Of a stretch of 64,000 bases of DNA, positions 26,723-35,841 are shown in pieces. Location: the NCBI GenBank assembly GCA_045646945.1, contig JAZRLS010000017.1, positions 4,201 to 68,200 on the forward strand, in the 5' to 3' direction. Position 1 is the first letter of the stretch, and every line of letters begins with the position of its first letter. A program made the translations under genes and the position numbers. Origin of the DNA: Eubacteriales bacterium (GTDB lineage Bacteria; Bacillota; Clostridia; Oscillospirales; CAG-272). A model generated the notes under the pieces. The model had not been told where the DNA came from. It worked only from the letters and a program-made list of their open reading frames with translations, and made no database searches.

Positions 26723-27841
26723 TTATTTCGCGTCAGGGGCATCCATAATCGCCCGCAAAATAGCCTCCTCCGTTTGTTTGTTTTCTTGCATAGACCGTTG
26801 AACAACATCTGATGCAAATGCATCATACTTGCCTGCATCTAAAGAACGGTACCAGTCGAACAGAGTGTTTAAATTGGTCGTCTTTTCAAGGTCCAAAGCA
26901 TACGCATAATCCCCACTGACTTCTTGCATGATTGTATTGGGGCTCACCAATAACGGGCGACGGTACAGCGCGCCGTCATAGTATTTATTGGAAATGGCGT
27001 ACTTCACCAGCGGTCTATCGTTGCCATAACAATTAAACACCAGATTGGATTGCTCATAAATACGAGGCTTGTCGCTGGGTACGAACGGACCTTTCATTAG
27101 CACTCTGTTGCAATAAAGCTCATTGACATAATCCGTTATAATGCCAGATTCATCGTTGCCGTAAAAATGAAATTCAAACCGAGGATCGGAACGGACAAGA
27201 TCAATCAATCGTTTGCATTGCTCCGGATATCCGATACTTCCAATATAAGAGATTACAATCGGCTGGGTTTCATTGTTTACAGATACGGGGGCGTCATATC
27301 CGCCCGCGATATTGTGACACAAATGATACTCCGCTTCAGGCAAAAACGTTCTGAAGCCTGGGGAAGAAATTACTCTTACCGCCGCATTCTTTAGGACTTT
27401 TGTTTCGATCTTAAAGAAGGACTTCACATGCTCGTAGGTATAATCTCTGACATCGGAGATATAGCGTCCCGCATATTTTGAGGAAAGAAAATTCGCAAGC
27501 AGAATACCCGGCATTGTTGGTACAACAATCAGAAAATCAAATTTCTCCCGCTTGATGATAGCGATCGCCCGCCTTTTGAAACGTTGGAAATTGACAAATT
27601 TCAACACCTTGGAAGAATCGTTCCCCCTGGTTCCAATCCAAGAGACCGAAAGAAACTGTTCGTCTTTTACTTCGTTCAAATCCTTATATCGGTCAAAATA
27701 AATAACTTTATATTCCGCGTCTTTCAACCTGGAAATCGCATCTGTGTAGAATTTCAGATACGGTGAATATCTCAAATTGGAAAAAAGAACAATTCCTATT
27801 TTCTTCTTGTTCTTTTTTGGGATCATATCACTGTTATTCAT
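26723..27841 (-). CDS. Putative glycosyltransferase (GT-B-like), family uncertain
   Basis: 372 aa in the glycan locus with an alternating beta/alpha-like pattern. No diagnostic motif recognised. Confidence 0.45.
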   Translation of the reverse strand: MNNSDMIPKKNKKKIGIVLFSNLRYSPYLKFYTDAISRLKDAEYKVIYFDRYKDLNEVKDEQFLSVSWIGTRGNDSSKVLKFVNFQRFKRRAIAIIKREKFDFLIVVPTMPGILLANFLSSKYAGRYISDVRDYTYEHVKSFFKIETKVLKNAAVRVISSPGFRTFLPEAEYHLCHNIAGGYDAPVSVNNETQPIVISYIGSIGYPEQCKRLIDLVRSDPRFEFHFYGNDESGIITDYVNELYCNRVLMKGPFVPSDKPRIYEQSNLVFNCYGNDRPLVKYAISNKYYDGALYRRPLLVSPNTIMQEVSGDYAYALDLEKTTNLNTLFDWYRSLDAGKYDAFASDVVQRSMQENKQTEEAILRAIMDAPDAK

Positions 27842-27874
27842 TCGCTTCTTTCCTTTCCTTTGCTTTAGCCTTGA

Positions 27875-29062
27875 TTATTTACTTGCTGTGTTTTCCAATG
27901 TGTAGATATATTTCTCCGCATTGGCTTTTGAAAACATCTTTCGCAATTTCTCTCGCTTTTCGGAGCAATCCTGTGCGCTTGAATCCTTCATCAATGCAAT
28001 TGTGTTTGCCAACTGAAGATCATCATCGCAGTCAACCGCATAAATATCATCCTGCTCGGAAATCAAATCAAAAAATTTTGAATTTCTGTCAATGCAGAAC
28101 AAAATGGGGGGCTTTGTCCGAAGGCATGTTGCGGTTTTGCTGGGAAGAGCAGTGAAAATTCCACCCCTTGACAAAGGAATGATATTCACATTTGCTTGCG
28201 CATATAAGCTTTCTGCATAGCAAGCGGGCTGCAACGGTAAAAACGTAATGTTATTCAGGTTCTTTGTCATTTCCACGATGTTGCTTTTGTTCGCTCCTTC
28301 GCCAATGATGAAAAAGTGAACCGATCTGTCTTCTGCCAATCTTTGTGCTGCTCTTGCTACAATTTCCACATTCTGCATTTTTCCGATATTGCCCGCATAC
28401 AAGACATTATACTGTCCATTGTCCATCATAATGTTTTTCACTGCGGTGGAATCCATGTCCTCCAAACTAATGGGCTCGTCGGAATAACTCCAGTTATAAA
28501 CAACATCAACTTTATTTTCATCAACGCCTTGCTCTAGAAGTGTGCACTTCATATCATCCGATATCGTTATGATTTTGGTTGCCTTACGATACGCATATTT
28601 TTGCAATTTACTTAGTATCGGATACGAAAATTTGGCAACCGGCAATTGATTGGAAAACATCAAATTTTGAGGGAAAATATCCTGAACGTTAAAAACAATC
28701 GGACACTTTAAACACTGCAACGCCCTCATGTAAAAAGCTGCTGCGTTACACGATTGCAAAAACACAACGTCGTATTTTTTTTTGCGAAATGTCTTTTTGC
28801 ACTTCCAAGCATAAGACATTTCACTCATATATCTATTCAAAAAACTCGTTTTTTTGTTATCGGCATCAGAAATCAACGTATATCCAAACGCTTCGTAATC
28901 AAGAAAGTCCAACGGAACCTTGTCCAATGTTCCCCCGGTATCTTTTAAAATCACGTCTACCGTATGCCCTTGATTCAACGCTTGACGAATTACGTCTTGC
29001 AGGAGATGAACAGACGGACCTCCTCTGTCAAATCCAATATTTAACCAGAACAAAAATTTCAT
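27875..29062 (-). CDS. Glycosyltransferase family 4 (WbuB-like)
   Basis: FLFWLNIGFDRGGPSVHLLQDV and C-terminal ...PSKTATCL... resemble WbuB-type L-FucNAc transferases. Start is ATG 29062 or TTG 29077. Confidence 0.7.
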   Translation of the reverse strand: MKFLFWLNIGFDRGGPSVHLLQDVIRQALNQGHTVDVILKDTGGTLDKVPLDFLDYEAFGYTLISDADNKKTSFLNRYMSEMSYAWKCKKTFRKKKYDVVFLQSCNAAAFYMRALQCLKCPIVFNVQDIFPQNLMFSNQLPVAKFSYPILSKLQKYAYRKATKIITISDDMKCTLLEQGVDENKVDVVYNWSYSDEPISLEDMDSTAVKNIMMDNGQYNVLYAGNIGKMQNVEIVARAAQRLAEDRSVHFFIIGEGANKSNIVEMTKNLNNITFLPLQPACYAESLYAQANVNIIPLSRGGIFTALPSKTATCLRTKPPILFCIDRNSKFFDLISEQDDIYAVDCDDDLQLANTIALMKDSSAQDCSEKREKLRKMFSKANAEKYIYTLENTASK

Positions 29063-29105
29063 TGTTTTTTCACCCAATTATTCATTCTAAAATGGTTCTC
29101 GATCA

Positions 29106-30278
29106 TTAATAATTTGTGCCAAAAACCTTGTTGATACATGTAATGGTAGCACTTCCGCCGTATTCCATATGGCCATCCTTCAACTCTTTGGTTTTTTGAC
29201 ATTCCTTCTCATAATCCATCGAACGTATATGATTAATCACTGCCTCTTCGGTACGAATAACACCATTGGGAATCACCTTTTCCATATCAAAATAGAAATC
29301 CCGAACGGCTTTGTATTCTTCGTAATCATATCCAAAGCAGATCAACGGTTTTTCCAAAATAGAATAATCAAGCAAAATACAGGAATAATCGGAAATCAAA
29401 ACATCCGCAGCAATCATAAGCTCATTTACACTCGGATAGTCGATACAGTTTCGAACAAAATCGTCAAACTCAACATTCATCAGTTTGGTTGTATACGGAT
29501 GTGTTCTAAGCAACACAACATAATTGTCTCCAAGTTGCTCTCTCCATTTATCCCAAGTAATAGGAGGAGCCAACTTAAAGCTTGCACCACCATCGTTGCT
29601 TTCTCTCCACGTAGGTGCATACAGTATAACCTTTTTGTCTTTAGGAATATTTAATTTTTCTCTTATGGCTTGCTGTTTTTCTTTCGTTACACCATACAGA
29701 TCGTCATTTCTCGGGTAACCGGTTTCAATAATTGCTTGAGGAAGAACATTGAAATCACGAATAATAAAACCCCTCTCATATTCTCCATTAATACAAAAAT
29801 AATTTATATGTTCAAAATGAAAATCGTTTCTTCCACTTACTGCATTTCCAACGTAATTTAAACTAGCGCCGTGCCAAGTATTCAAATATACAGTCTTTTT
29901 CTTTTTGAAATGAAGTGCTCGTTCAATATTTACACAAGAAATCCAATATTTAGCCTTCAATGCCGTAATGAAATACTCCAATGTATCCATTTTAATTTTT
30001 TTCGCATTTGGGATATCATATTTTTCGGGTTCTTTTAATGCCCAAACAACACGATACTGTTCAAGCATACCAAGCTCGCTCATTTTATCAAAAATAGCTT
30101 TTGGACTATCATTAAAACGAAAACCATGTCCGTTCATCAAAACCAAATTTTCATCGATTTTCACAAACAAGCCCAAAAATCTAAATACCGCACTCATAGT
30201 ATAGCGATAGGTTGTTTGAATTACTCTATTATGTTTCAACAAATGCTCTAATCTTTTTTTCACATTCATCTTGATCAC
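29106..30278 (-). CDS. CDP-glycerol glycerophosphotransferase family (TagB/TagF-like)
   Basis: NTWHGASLNYVG and VILYAPTWRE motifs. Confidence 0.8.
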   Translation of the reverse strand: MIKMNVKKRLEHLLKHNRVIQTTYRYTMSAVFRFLGLFVKIDENLVLMNGHGFRFNDSPKAIFDKMSELGMLEQYRVVWALKEPEKYDIPNAKKIKMDTLEYFITALKAKYWISCVNIERALHFKKKKTVYLNTWHGASLNYVGNAVSGRNDFHFEHINYFCINGEYERGFIIRDFNVLPQAIIETGYPRNDDLYGVTKEKQQAIREKLNIPKDKKVILYAPTWRESNDGGASFKLAPPITWDKWREQLGDNYVVLLRTHPYTTKLMNVEFDDFVRNCIDYPSVNELMIAADVLISDYSCILLDYSILEKPLICFGYDYEEYKAVRDFYFDMEKVIPNGVIRTEEAVINHIRSMDYEKECQKTKELKDGHMEYGGSATITCINKVFGTNY

Positions 30279-30287
30279 CTCATCAGT

Positions 30288-31151
30288 TTATGTAAACTCT
30301 ATATCACATACAGATTTATCAAAGCTATCGTTATTTTGAAATACACAGTATTCAAAATTGTGAAGCTCAGTATTTTTATAAATTAAAGTGCCAAACCCCT
30401 TTTTTGCTATAGAAAAGAAAGGACGAAGCAAAAACACCCCGCAGCCAAGCAAAACGCTGAGGTACAATTTCTTGTTCAATTTGACCGCAATGCTCTTTGC
30501 CATATCGATTGTTTGTACATATTCCTTGTTTTGAGGATAGAACCGACCACAAAGTTCTCTATCGATACAAAGTTTAACAAAAGAAGATAAATTATCGATA
30601 TAAATCATACTTCTCTCATTCTTGATTTTTGGAAAAACAGGGAATTTTTTCACAAGCTTTACCACCGTTTGATAATTCCCTTTACATCCATTACCGTACA
30701 CCATTGGAGGGCGAAGAATACATACCTTAAAGTTGTTGTCCGAAAGATTCTCAATCCCCCATTCAGCTTGAAGTTTGGATTTTCCGTAATTGCTCTTTGG
30801 GGCAGGAACAGTGTCCGCTGTAATAACACCCATATCTATGCCATAAACACTCATAGAACTCAAAAAGACAAATTGCTTTACGCCATCATTTTTAGCCTTA
30901 GTTGCAGTCTCTATTGCCAAATCACGATTGATTTTATAATAAAGCTTTGCATTTTGAGAAGTTTCTTTTTGATGCGCAATCCCAGCTACGTGAAAGATGG
31001 TATCATATTCCGAGAAGCTCTTGGTTCTCCAACTCCCATCGATCATATCAACGGTATCTACTACATAGTCGTTGGAATAATTCTCTTTGATGTATCTTTC
31101 AAATGAAGTTCCAATGTAGCTATTTGCGCCAGTAATCAATATTTTTTTCAT
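30288..31151 (-). CDS. NAD-dependent epimerase/dehydratase (short SDR)
   Basis: ILITGANSYIG Rossmann motif and YGKSK catalytic motif. 4-nt overlap with the upstream sugar transferase. Confidence 0.8.
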   Translation of the reverse strand: MKKILITGANSYIGTSFERYIKENYSNDYVVDTVDMIDGSWRTKSFSEYDTIFHVAGIAHQKETSQNAKLYYKINRDLAIETATKAKNDGVKQFVFLSSMSVYGIDMGVITADTVPAPKSNYGKSKLQAEWGIENLSDNNFKVCILRPPMVYGNGCKGNYQTVVKLVKKFPVFPKIKNERSMIYIDNLSSFVKLCIDRELCGRFYPQNKEYVQTIDMAKSIAVKLNKKLYLSVLLGCGVFLLRPFFSIAKKGFGTLIYKNTELHNFEYCVFQNNDSFDKSVCDIEFT

Positions 31152-31792
31152 TTTGTAACCGTTTCTTCTTCCGTTTCTTCTTCCTTTTTTCCCTGCTTCT
31201 TCATTTCACCCGTACCGCCTTCCACTACACCGTCGGATTTAAGTACGGATTTGATGGTTCCAAAGAAGCATTTACAGTCGAACGCAAAGCTCATCTTTTC
31301 TACGTATTCGCCGTCAAGCTTCGCCTTCACGGGAATTTCAAGTTCATCGCGACCGTTAATTTGCGCCCAACCGGTCAATCCGGGCTTAACGTCATTGGCA
31401 CCGTATTTGTCACGCTCAGCAATCAAATCATCCTGATTCCAAAGAGCCGGTCGAGGTCCGATAATGCTCATTTTGTTGAACAAAATATCATACACCTGCG
31501 GAAGCTCATCCAAACTTGTTTTACGAAGGAATTTTCCGACACGCGTAATATATTGTTCCGGATTTTCAAGCAAATGCGTAGGAATATCCGGCGTTTTCAC
31601 TTTCATACTACGGAATTTATGTAACCAAAACAGTTTCTTGTTTTTTCCCACTCTTTTTTGTTTAAAAATGATGGGACCCGGATCATCGATGACAATTGCA
31701 ATAGAAACAATGAGAAAGATCGGTAATAGGAAAACACCGCCCAAAAAAGACAGCACAACATCAATAAGTCTTTTCAAAAAATGTCTATACAT
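31148..31792 (-). CDS. Small monotopic phosphoglycosyl transferase (PglC/WbaP C-terminal type); initiating enzyme
   Basis: LKRLIDVVLSF...DDPGPIIFKQKRVGKN...FRSM...LDELPQ...GPRP. Acidic and basic C-terminal tail KKQGKKEEETEEETVTK. Confidence 0.85.
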   Translation of the reverse strand: MYRHFLKRLIDVVLSFLGGVFLLPIFLIVSIAIVIDDPGPIIFKQKRVGKNKKLFWLHKFRSMKVKTPDIPTHLLENPEQYITRVGKFLRKTSLDELPQVYDILFNKMSIIGPRPALWNQDDLIAERDKYGANDVKPGLTGWAQINGRDELEIPVKAKLDGEYVEKMSFAFDCKCFFGTIKSVLKSDGVVEGGTGEMKKQGKKEEETEEETVTK

Positions 31793-31833
31793 CTCTAAAC
31801 TCCATCCTCAAAACAATATTTAAAAAACAAGCC

Positions 31834-32361
31834 TCACAATTTTTCGGTGGCAAACACCGTTCCACACATAACCTTGGTTTTTGAAGGAACATTCATATAT
31901 CCCGCAACCGTTGCATTACAATCAATATGGGTTCCGTCGCCAAGCGTACTGACATGATTTACCACAGCTCCTGCGGAAATCAAGCATCCTTTTCCCAACA
32001 CACACCCGGTGTGTACAACAGCCATCGGCTCAATGATACAGCCTTTACCGATCTCTGCCGAGGAAGAAACGTAAGCCAAAGGCGATACCAAGGTTGCAAT
32101 CTGCATTGTGGCTTCAGACTCAAGCTTTTGTAATAACCGTAAGCGAATCTCAGGATTCCCAATAGCGACAACGACGTTCGGAAAATCAGAACTTAAATGC
32201 TTCATATCCGCTATTTTTCCCACAACGGCACTACCGTCAGGAGCCACTTTCGCTTGATCATCCACAAATTTAATTTTATCGAAACAACGCATACTCTCGG
32301 CAATTTCCTTTGCAACAAGAGAATACGTTCCCGCACCAACAATCAGCAAATTCTTGTTCAT
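31834..32361 (-). CDS. NeuD/PglD-family sugar acetyltransferase (hexapeptide repeat)
   Basis: N-terminal LLIVGAGTYS Rossmann-like motif plus C-terminal left-handed beta-helix repeats. Start set to ATG 32361, with AAGGAG upstream. The track start is a TTG. Confidence 0.75.
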   Translation of the reverse strand: MNKNLLIVGAGTYSLVAKEIAESMRCFDKIKFVDDQAKVAPDGSAVVGKIADMKHLSSDFPNVVVAIGNPEIRLRLLQKLESEATMQIATLVSPLAYVSSSAEIGKGCIIEPMAVVHTGCVLGKGCLISAGAVVNHVSTLGDGTHIDCNATVAGYMNVPSKTKVMCGTVFATEKL

Positions 32362-32416
32362 AGGTTCTCCTTTTGCCAATTTCTATGCCTTATCACAATA
32401 TATATTTATTATGTAT

Positions 32417-32445
32417 ATAATATCACAAAACAGTTATAAAGTCAA
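32417..32445 (-). promoter_or_regulatory. Promoter of the polysaccharide operon
   Basis: Minus strand reads TTGACT, a 17-nt spacer, then TGaTATTAT. It lies about 55 nt upstream of ATG 32361. Confidence 0.6.
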
Positions 32446-32500
32446 TAGCTTTAGGGAATAAAAAGACAAGAAGCGACAAATACCTACAAAACATTCGACA

Positions 32501-32537
32501 AAAAAGAACCGGCTTTTTGAAAAAGCCGGTTCTTTTT
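32501..32537. terminator. Bidirectional terminator after the GNAT gene
   Basis: AAAAAGAACCGGCTTTTT pairs with AAAAAGCCGGTTCTTTTT, a perfect 18-bp palindrome. Confidence 0.85.
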
Positions 32538-32590
32538 ACGGTTAGTGGAAACTAATTTTTGGAAACACACAATGGTTAGCGTTTTCTAAT

Positions 32591-33358
32591 TTAATCAAAA
32601 GGAATTCCAAAATAGGTGATATTCGTTACTTTTTGGGTACTCAGGGGATATATCATTGAGATGGTTCGGTCTTCTCCGACGGTACGGAAGCTTCCTTTTT
32701 GAGTTCCAAGGGTTTTGAGAATCTTAGGCGCGACCGTTCGATTGCCCAAAATCTCGATTCCAACGAGATATTCCCTTTCTTTTCGTGCCGCCAAAAGAAA
32801 TTCTTCTCCACGGTAAAATAATGCTTGCGCCGCGAGATACCGAAGGTTTTCATTTTCTTGGACGACTCCTGCGCGAGGAAGCATTTGGCGTCGGAGCGTT
32901 GCGTATTCTTCTTCCTTGATCCGCTTCAGTTCAATCGATTCCTCTGCCGCGTCACAAGTAAATTCCGACACTGCGGTAGCATTCCGATAGCCAAGCTTTT
33001 CGTAAAATCCGAAGAGCGACGGCTCGGACGGCACGAGAAGCGATGCCGCATAGCCTAGTGAGCGCAGGTGCTCGTGCGTATCCTCCATCAGTGCTCTGCA
33101 AAGTCCCTGACCGCGTCGTTCACTTTCGGTTGCGATGGCATAAAGATAAGCAATTTTCTGCCCCTCGCATTCACAGTCGAACCAATACAGTGCCGCCGCG
33201 CACTCCCCGTCGACCGTCAAACGGCGCGCTCGGTCGGGCGAATATGCCGTCCTCTCAAAGAGGTCTAGGAATTCCTCCGTATCACCGAACGCCTCTTTCC
33301 AAAGGCTTCGGAGTGCTTCACGATCACTTTCGTACGGTGCGCCGATCTCAATATTCAT
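32591..33358 (-). CDS. GNAT-family N-acetyltransferase with C-terminal extension
   Basis: YAIATESERRGQGLCRALMEDTHEHLRSLGY is an acetyl-CoA-binding Q/RxxGxG-type motif. Confidence 0.7.
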   Translation of the reverse strand: MNIEIGAPYESDREALRSLWKEAFGDTEEFLDLFERTAYSPDRARRLTVDGECAAALYWFDCECEGQKIAYLYAIATESERRGQGLCRALMEDTHEHLRSLGYAASLLVPSEPSLFGFYEKLGYRNATAVSEFTCDAAEESIELKRIKEEEYATLRRQMLPRAGVVQENENLRYLAAQALFYRGEEFLLAARKEREYLVGIEILGNRTVAPKILKTLGTQKGSFRTVGEDRTISMIYPLSTQKVTNITYFGIPFD

Positions 33359-34295
33359 ACCCTTCCTCCCGAAGATGCGCCCAACATTTTTCGATCAAAT
33401 GGTGCGGATAATAGCTCTTCTTGGCTCTTCGCAAGCCCTCAATCCCCATATCCTCTTCTCTGTCCAGATACTTAAGGTCGGGATATTTTTCGCGCAAATA
33501 CCGTGCGAACTCGCAATTGATGGCTGCGTATGCCCCCTGCACGTCGGAACGCGCCTTTTCAAAGTGCACGTCAAAGGTATCGGGCGAGAGTCGGCTGCCA
33601 AGCGTGACAGCGAGAATGCATTCTCCGTCCATAATAGTTAGTCCTTCCAAACCGAGTATTTCCCGATCGCGCAATGCACGCTCGATGGCAATCTCTTCCA
33701 TGCGAAAATCTCCGTTGGGATTTTCAGAAAGCCTGGTTTCGTACCATTCCTTGACGAAATTCCGTACGGCAGGCGTGAGCTCTTCGGTCAGCGGACGTGC
33801 GACGGCATTGGGAAAAGCTTCGCGAAAGCGATTGAGGTGATTTCTCTTTGCGTGATATTTCTTTCCCGCGAGGTCGGCAAGATCGTCGATCGCATACACG
33901 TAATCGAACGAGCCCTCGTCGCAGTGAAAGAGAAATTTTTCGGGATAAAGCTCTTCAAGAAGTGCTCTTGCATCCGAAGAAAGTCCCGTAATTCGGCAGG
34001 AAATGCCGCGCGCACGGGCGTCGTCGATGATAGCATCAAGTGCCGCTTTTTTCTTTTCGGGCGCGTTTTCTCCGACGGGATAGGGATAGACACTGCGTCG
34101 GTCAAACTGCGAGAAAAACAAAATCTGTCCGTCAAGCTCGGCAAAGCTCTGCCGCCCCCAAAGATAGAGATTGGCAAAGGAAAACTCACATCCGCGATTC
34201 GTTTCGGCAAAGAGAAGTTTCTCATAGGCTTCCTTGTCAGCAAGAGAAAGACGGCGAAATTCAATTTTTTGAAGTGTTTTCGTATCCATATTCAA
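33348..34295 (-). CDS. DUF2156 domain protein (homologous to the MprF C-terminal aminoacyl-transferase domain)
   Basis: IEFRRLSLADKEAYEKLL...EFSFANLYLWG matches my recollection of standalone DUF2156 proteins. 11-nt overlap with the GNAT gene. Confidence 0.65.
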   Translation of the reverse strand: MNMDTKTLQKIEFRRLSLADKEAYEKLLFAETNRGCEFSFANLYLWGRQSFAELDGQILFFSQFDRRSVYPYPVGENAPEKKKAALDAIIDDARARGISCRITGLSSDARALLEELYPEKFLFHCDEGSFDYVYAIDDLADLAGKKYHAKRNHLNRFREAFPNAVARPLTEELTPAVRNFVKEWYETRLSENPNGDFRMEEIAIERALRDREILGLEGLTIMDGECILAVTLGSRLSPDTFDVHFEKARSDVQGAYAAINCEFARYLREKYPDLKYLDREEDMGIEGLRRAKKSYYPHHLIEKCWAHLREEGYEY

Positions 34296-35248
34296 AATCC
34301 ATTCTTCTGATTCGATTCTTTCAAAGTCAGTGCTGCCTTGAGTCCGAGGTAAGACACGTCGATGCGGCGCGGAATAATTTTGAGGCGAAACTGTCCTTCG
34401 CTGTAATTCGTTTCAAACAGCATTAGTCTCTCTTCGGTCATCGATTCCAGCGTTCCAAGCTCCCACGACAGTGCTTCGGAGATCTCTTCGCACTGAGCAC
34501 GAACGGTGAGAAAAGCATCCTCCTCGTCCGTTCCGTCCGCTATGCCAATCTCGGCGCAACGGGAATGCGCGACCGTACGGCAAAACAAGAGCGAAAGGAG
34601 GAGAAAGGCGGTAAACACGCCAAAATCAAAGCTCTCGGAATTGCAAATTTTTCGCCACTCGCCCAGCGTCACCTCGCATCCCGCAAGCTCGGATATCCCT
34701 TGGATTCTCTTCTTTAAAAATCCGTCGATCCGACAAGATTCTCCTCTTCGCAAGGGAGACAGTGCCGAAAAGGAAAGCATTTCGATCTCCCAAAGCAAGC
34801 GTCGAAGCTCCTCTTCATAGTTTACCACGTTTCCCGGCATTCGTCCCTCCGCCTCAGAGGTGAGGGAATCATCCCAAGCAAAGTCAATTCCGCTTCGTTT
34901 GGCAAGAAAGCGCAAAAGAATTTTTCGGTCGATCTGCGGCAAAAGAACAACGGCAAGCGTACTTGAGGGCATGAGCGACGGAATGACAATTACAATCTTG
35001 CCCTCAAGCGTCTCGGTCACCATCGGCTCCATCTCATAGGAGAAGAGATATTCCGAGATCTTTGCAAAGCTCTCTTCGGAGAAACGCTCCGAAAAATTCT
35101 CTCCCACCGTATTTCTCTCCCACGGAGCACGGCACGCGACGATTCTCGCACCTTCCCGCAGATTCACGACCCAAAGGTCGGAAGGAAACATCCGAATGAT
35201 TTGATTCACAATCATATGATCTCCCATCTGGATCCATTCATCCATCAA
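34292..35248 (-). CDS. Hypothetical protein; start uncertain
   Basis: 318-aa ORF whose stop overlaps the DUF2156 start (ATGA). No motif recognised. There is no RBS at the first ATG, and GGGAGA precedes an internal ATG at 35215. Confidence 0.55.
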   Translation of the reverse strand: MMDEWIQMGDHMIVNQIIRMFPSDLWVVNLREGARIVACRAPWERNTVGENFSERFSEESFAKISEYLFSYEMEPMVTETLEGKIVIVIPSLMPSSTLAVVLLPQIDRKILLRFLAKRSGIDFAWDDSLTSEAEGRMPGNVVNYEEELRRLLWEIEMLSFSALSPLRRGESCRIDGFLKKRIQGISELAGCEVTLGEWRKICNSESFDFGVFTAFLLLSLLFCRTVAHSRCAEIGIADGTDEEDAFLTVRAQCEEISEALSWELGTLESMTEERLMLFETNYSEGQFRLKIIPRRIDVSYLGLKAALTLKESNQKNGF

Positions 35249-35260
35249 AACAAGAAAAAC

Positions 35261-35292
35261 AGTTCCGTTGCCTCCGCAACGGAGCTGTTTTT
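35261..35292 (-). terminator. Hairpin plus T-run after the carD-like gene
   Basis: Minus strand reads CAGCTCCGTTGC-GGAG-GCAACGGAACTG followed by TTTTTCTTGTTTT. Confidence 0.6.
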
Positions 35293-35304
35293 CGATCTAA
35301 TATG

Positions 35305-35841
35305 TCAAATATTCGCACAAAGCTTCTTTTCGCGCAGTTTTCTTTCCCCACGAAGAAGCGGAATGACTTCATCCAAGCCGCCAAGATCGGTCGTCATCGA
35401 AAATTCCTCAAAGAGCATCGTTTTGGCGCGATACATTGCATTTTCGTCGGTCGAGCCCACCTTTTTTCCGAGATTTCGAATCATTTCGCTGTGCTCTACC
35501 ACGGTATTGAGAAGTACAATCAACTGCTTCCGATCACCTTCCGCAAAGATCTCGCGGAAGCGAGCATTGCGCGCTCGGCTTTCCTCAATCCATTCCATTC
35601 GTTCGTCGCGAAGCTCCTCGACCATCCGAAGAATTTCGTCCGCCGAAAGCAGGGGACGCATCATCGAAACAAGACCCTCGTTATCCATCGGAACAAACAA
35701 GGTAGATTTTTCATCGCCGACAGGAGATAGAATATAGTATTTTCCCATCGCACCGAGCGCACCGAAACGCTCCTCGCGAATATCGGAGATCACACAAACA
35801 CCCTCTGCCCGATAACTCACATAGCTTCCGATCTCAAACAT
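35305..35841 (-). CDS. CarD/CdnL-family transcription regulator-like protein
   Basis: MFEIGSYVSYRAEGVCVISDI...YYILSPV...TLFVPMD resembles the CarD_TRCF N-terminal domain. Start set to ATG 35841, with GGAGGA upstream. Confidence 0.6.
   Translation of the reverse strand: MFEIGSYVSYRAEGVCVISDIREERFGALGAMGKYYILSPVGDEKSTLFVPMDNEGLVSMMRPLLSADEILRMVEELRDERMEWIEESRARNARFREIFAEGDRKQLIVLLNTVVEHSEMIRNLGKKVGSTDENAMYRAKTMLFEEFSMTTDLGGLDEVIPLLRGERKLREKKLCANI

Noticed and set aside
16080-32379. The glycan locus as a mobile genomic island.
   Set aside because: No integrase, transposase, tRNA attachment site or flanking direct repeats are visible. The AT-rich composition is better explained by cassette exchange, which is typical of surface-polysaccharide loci.
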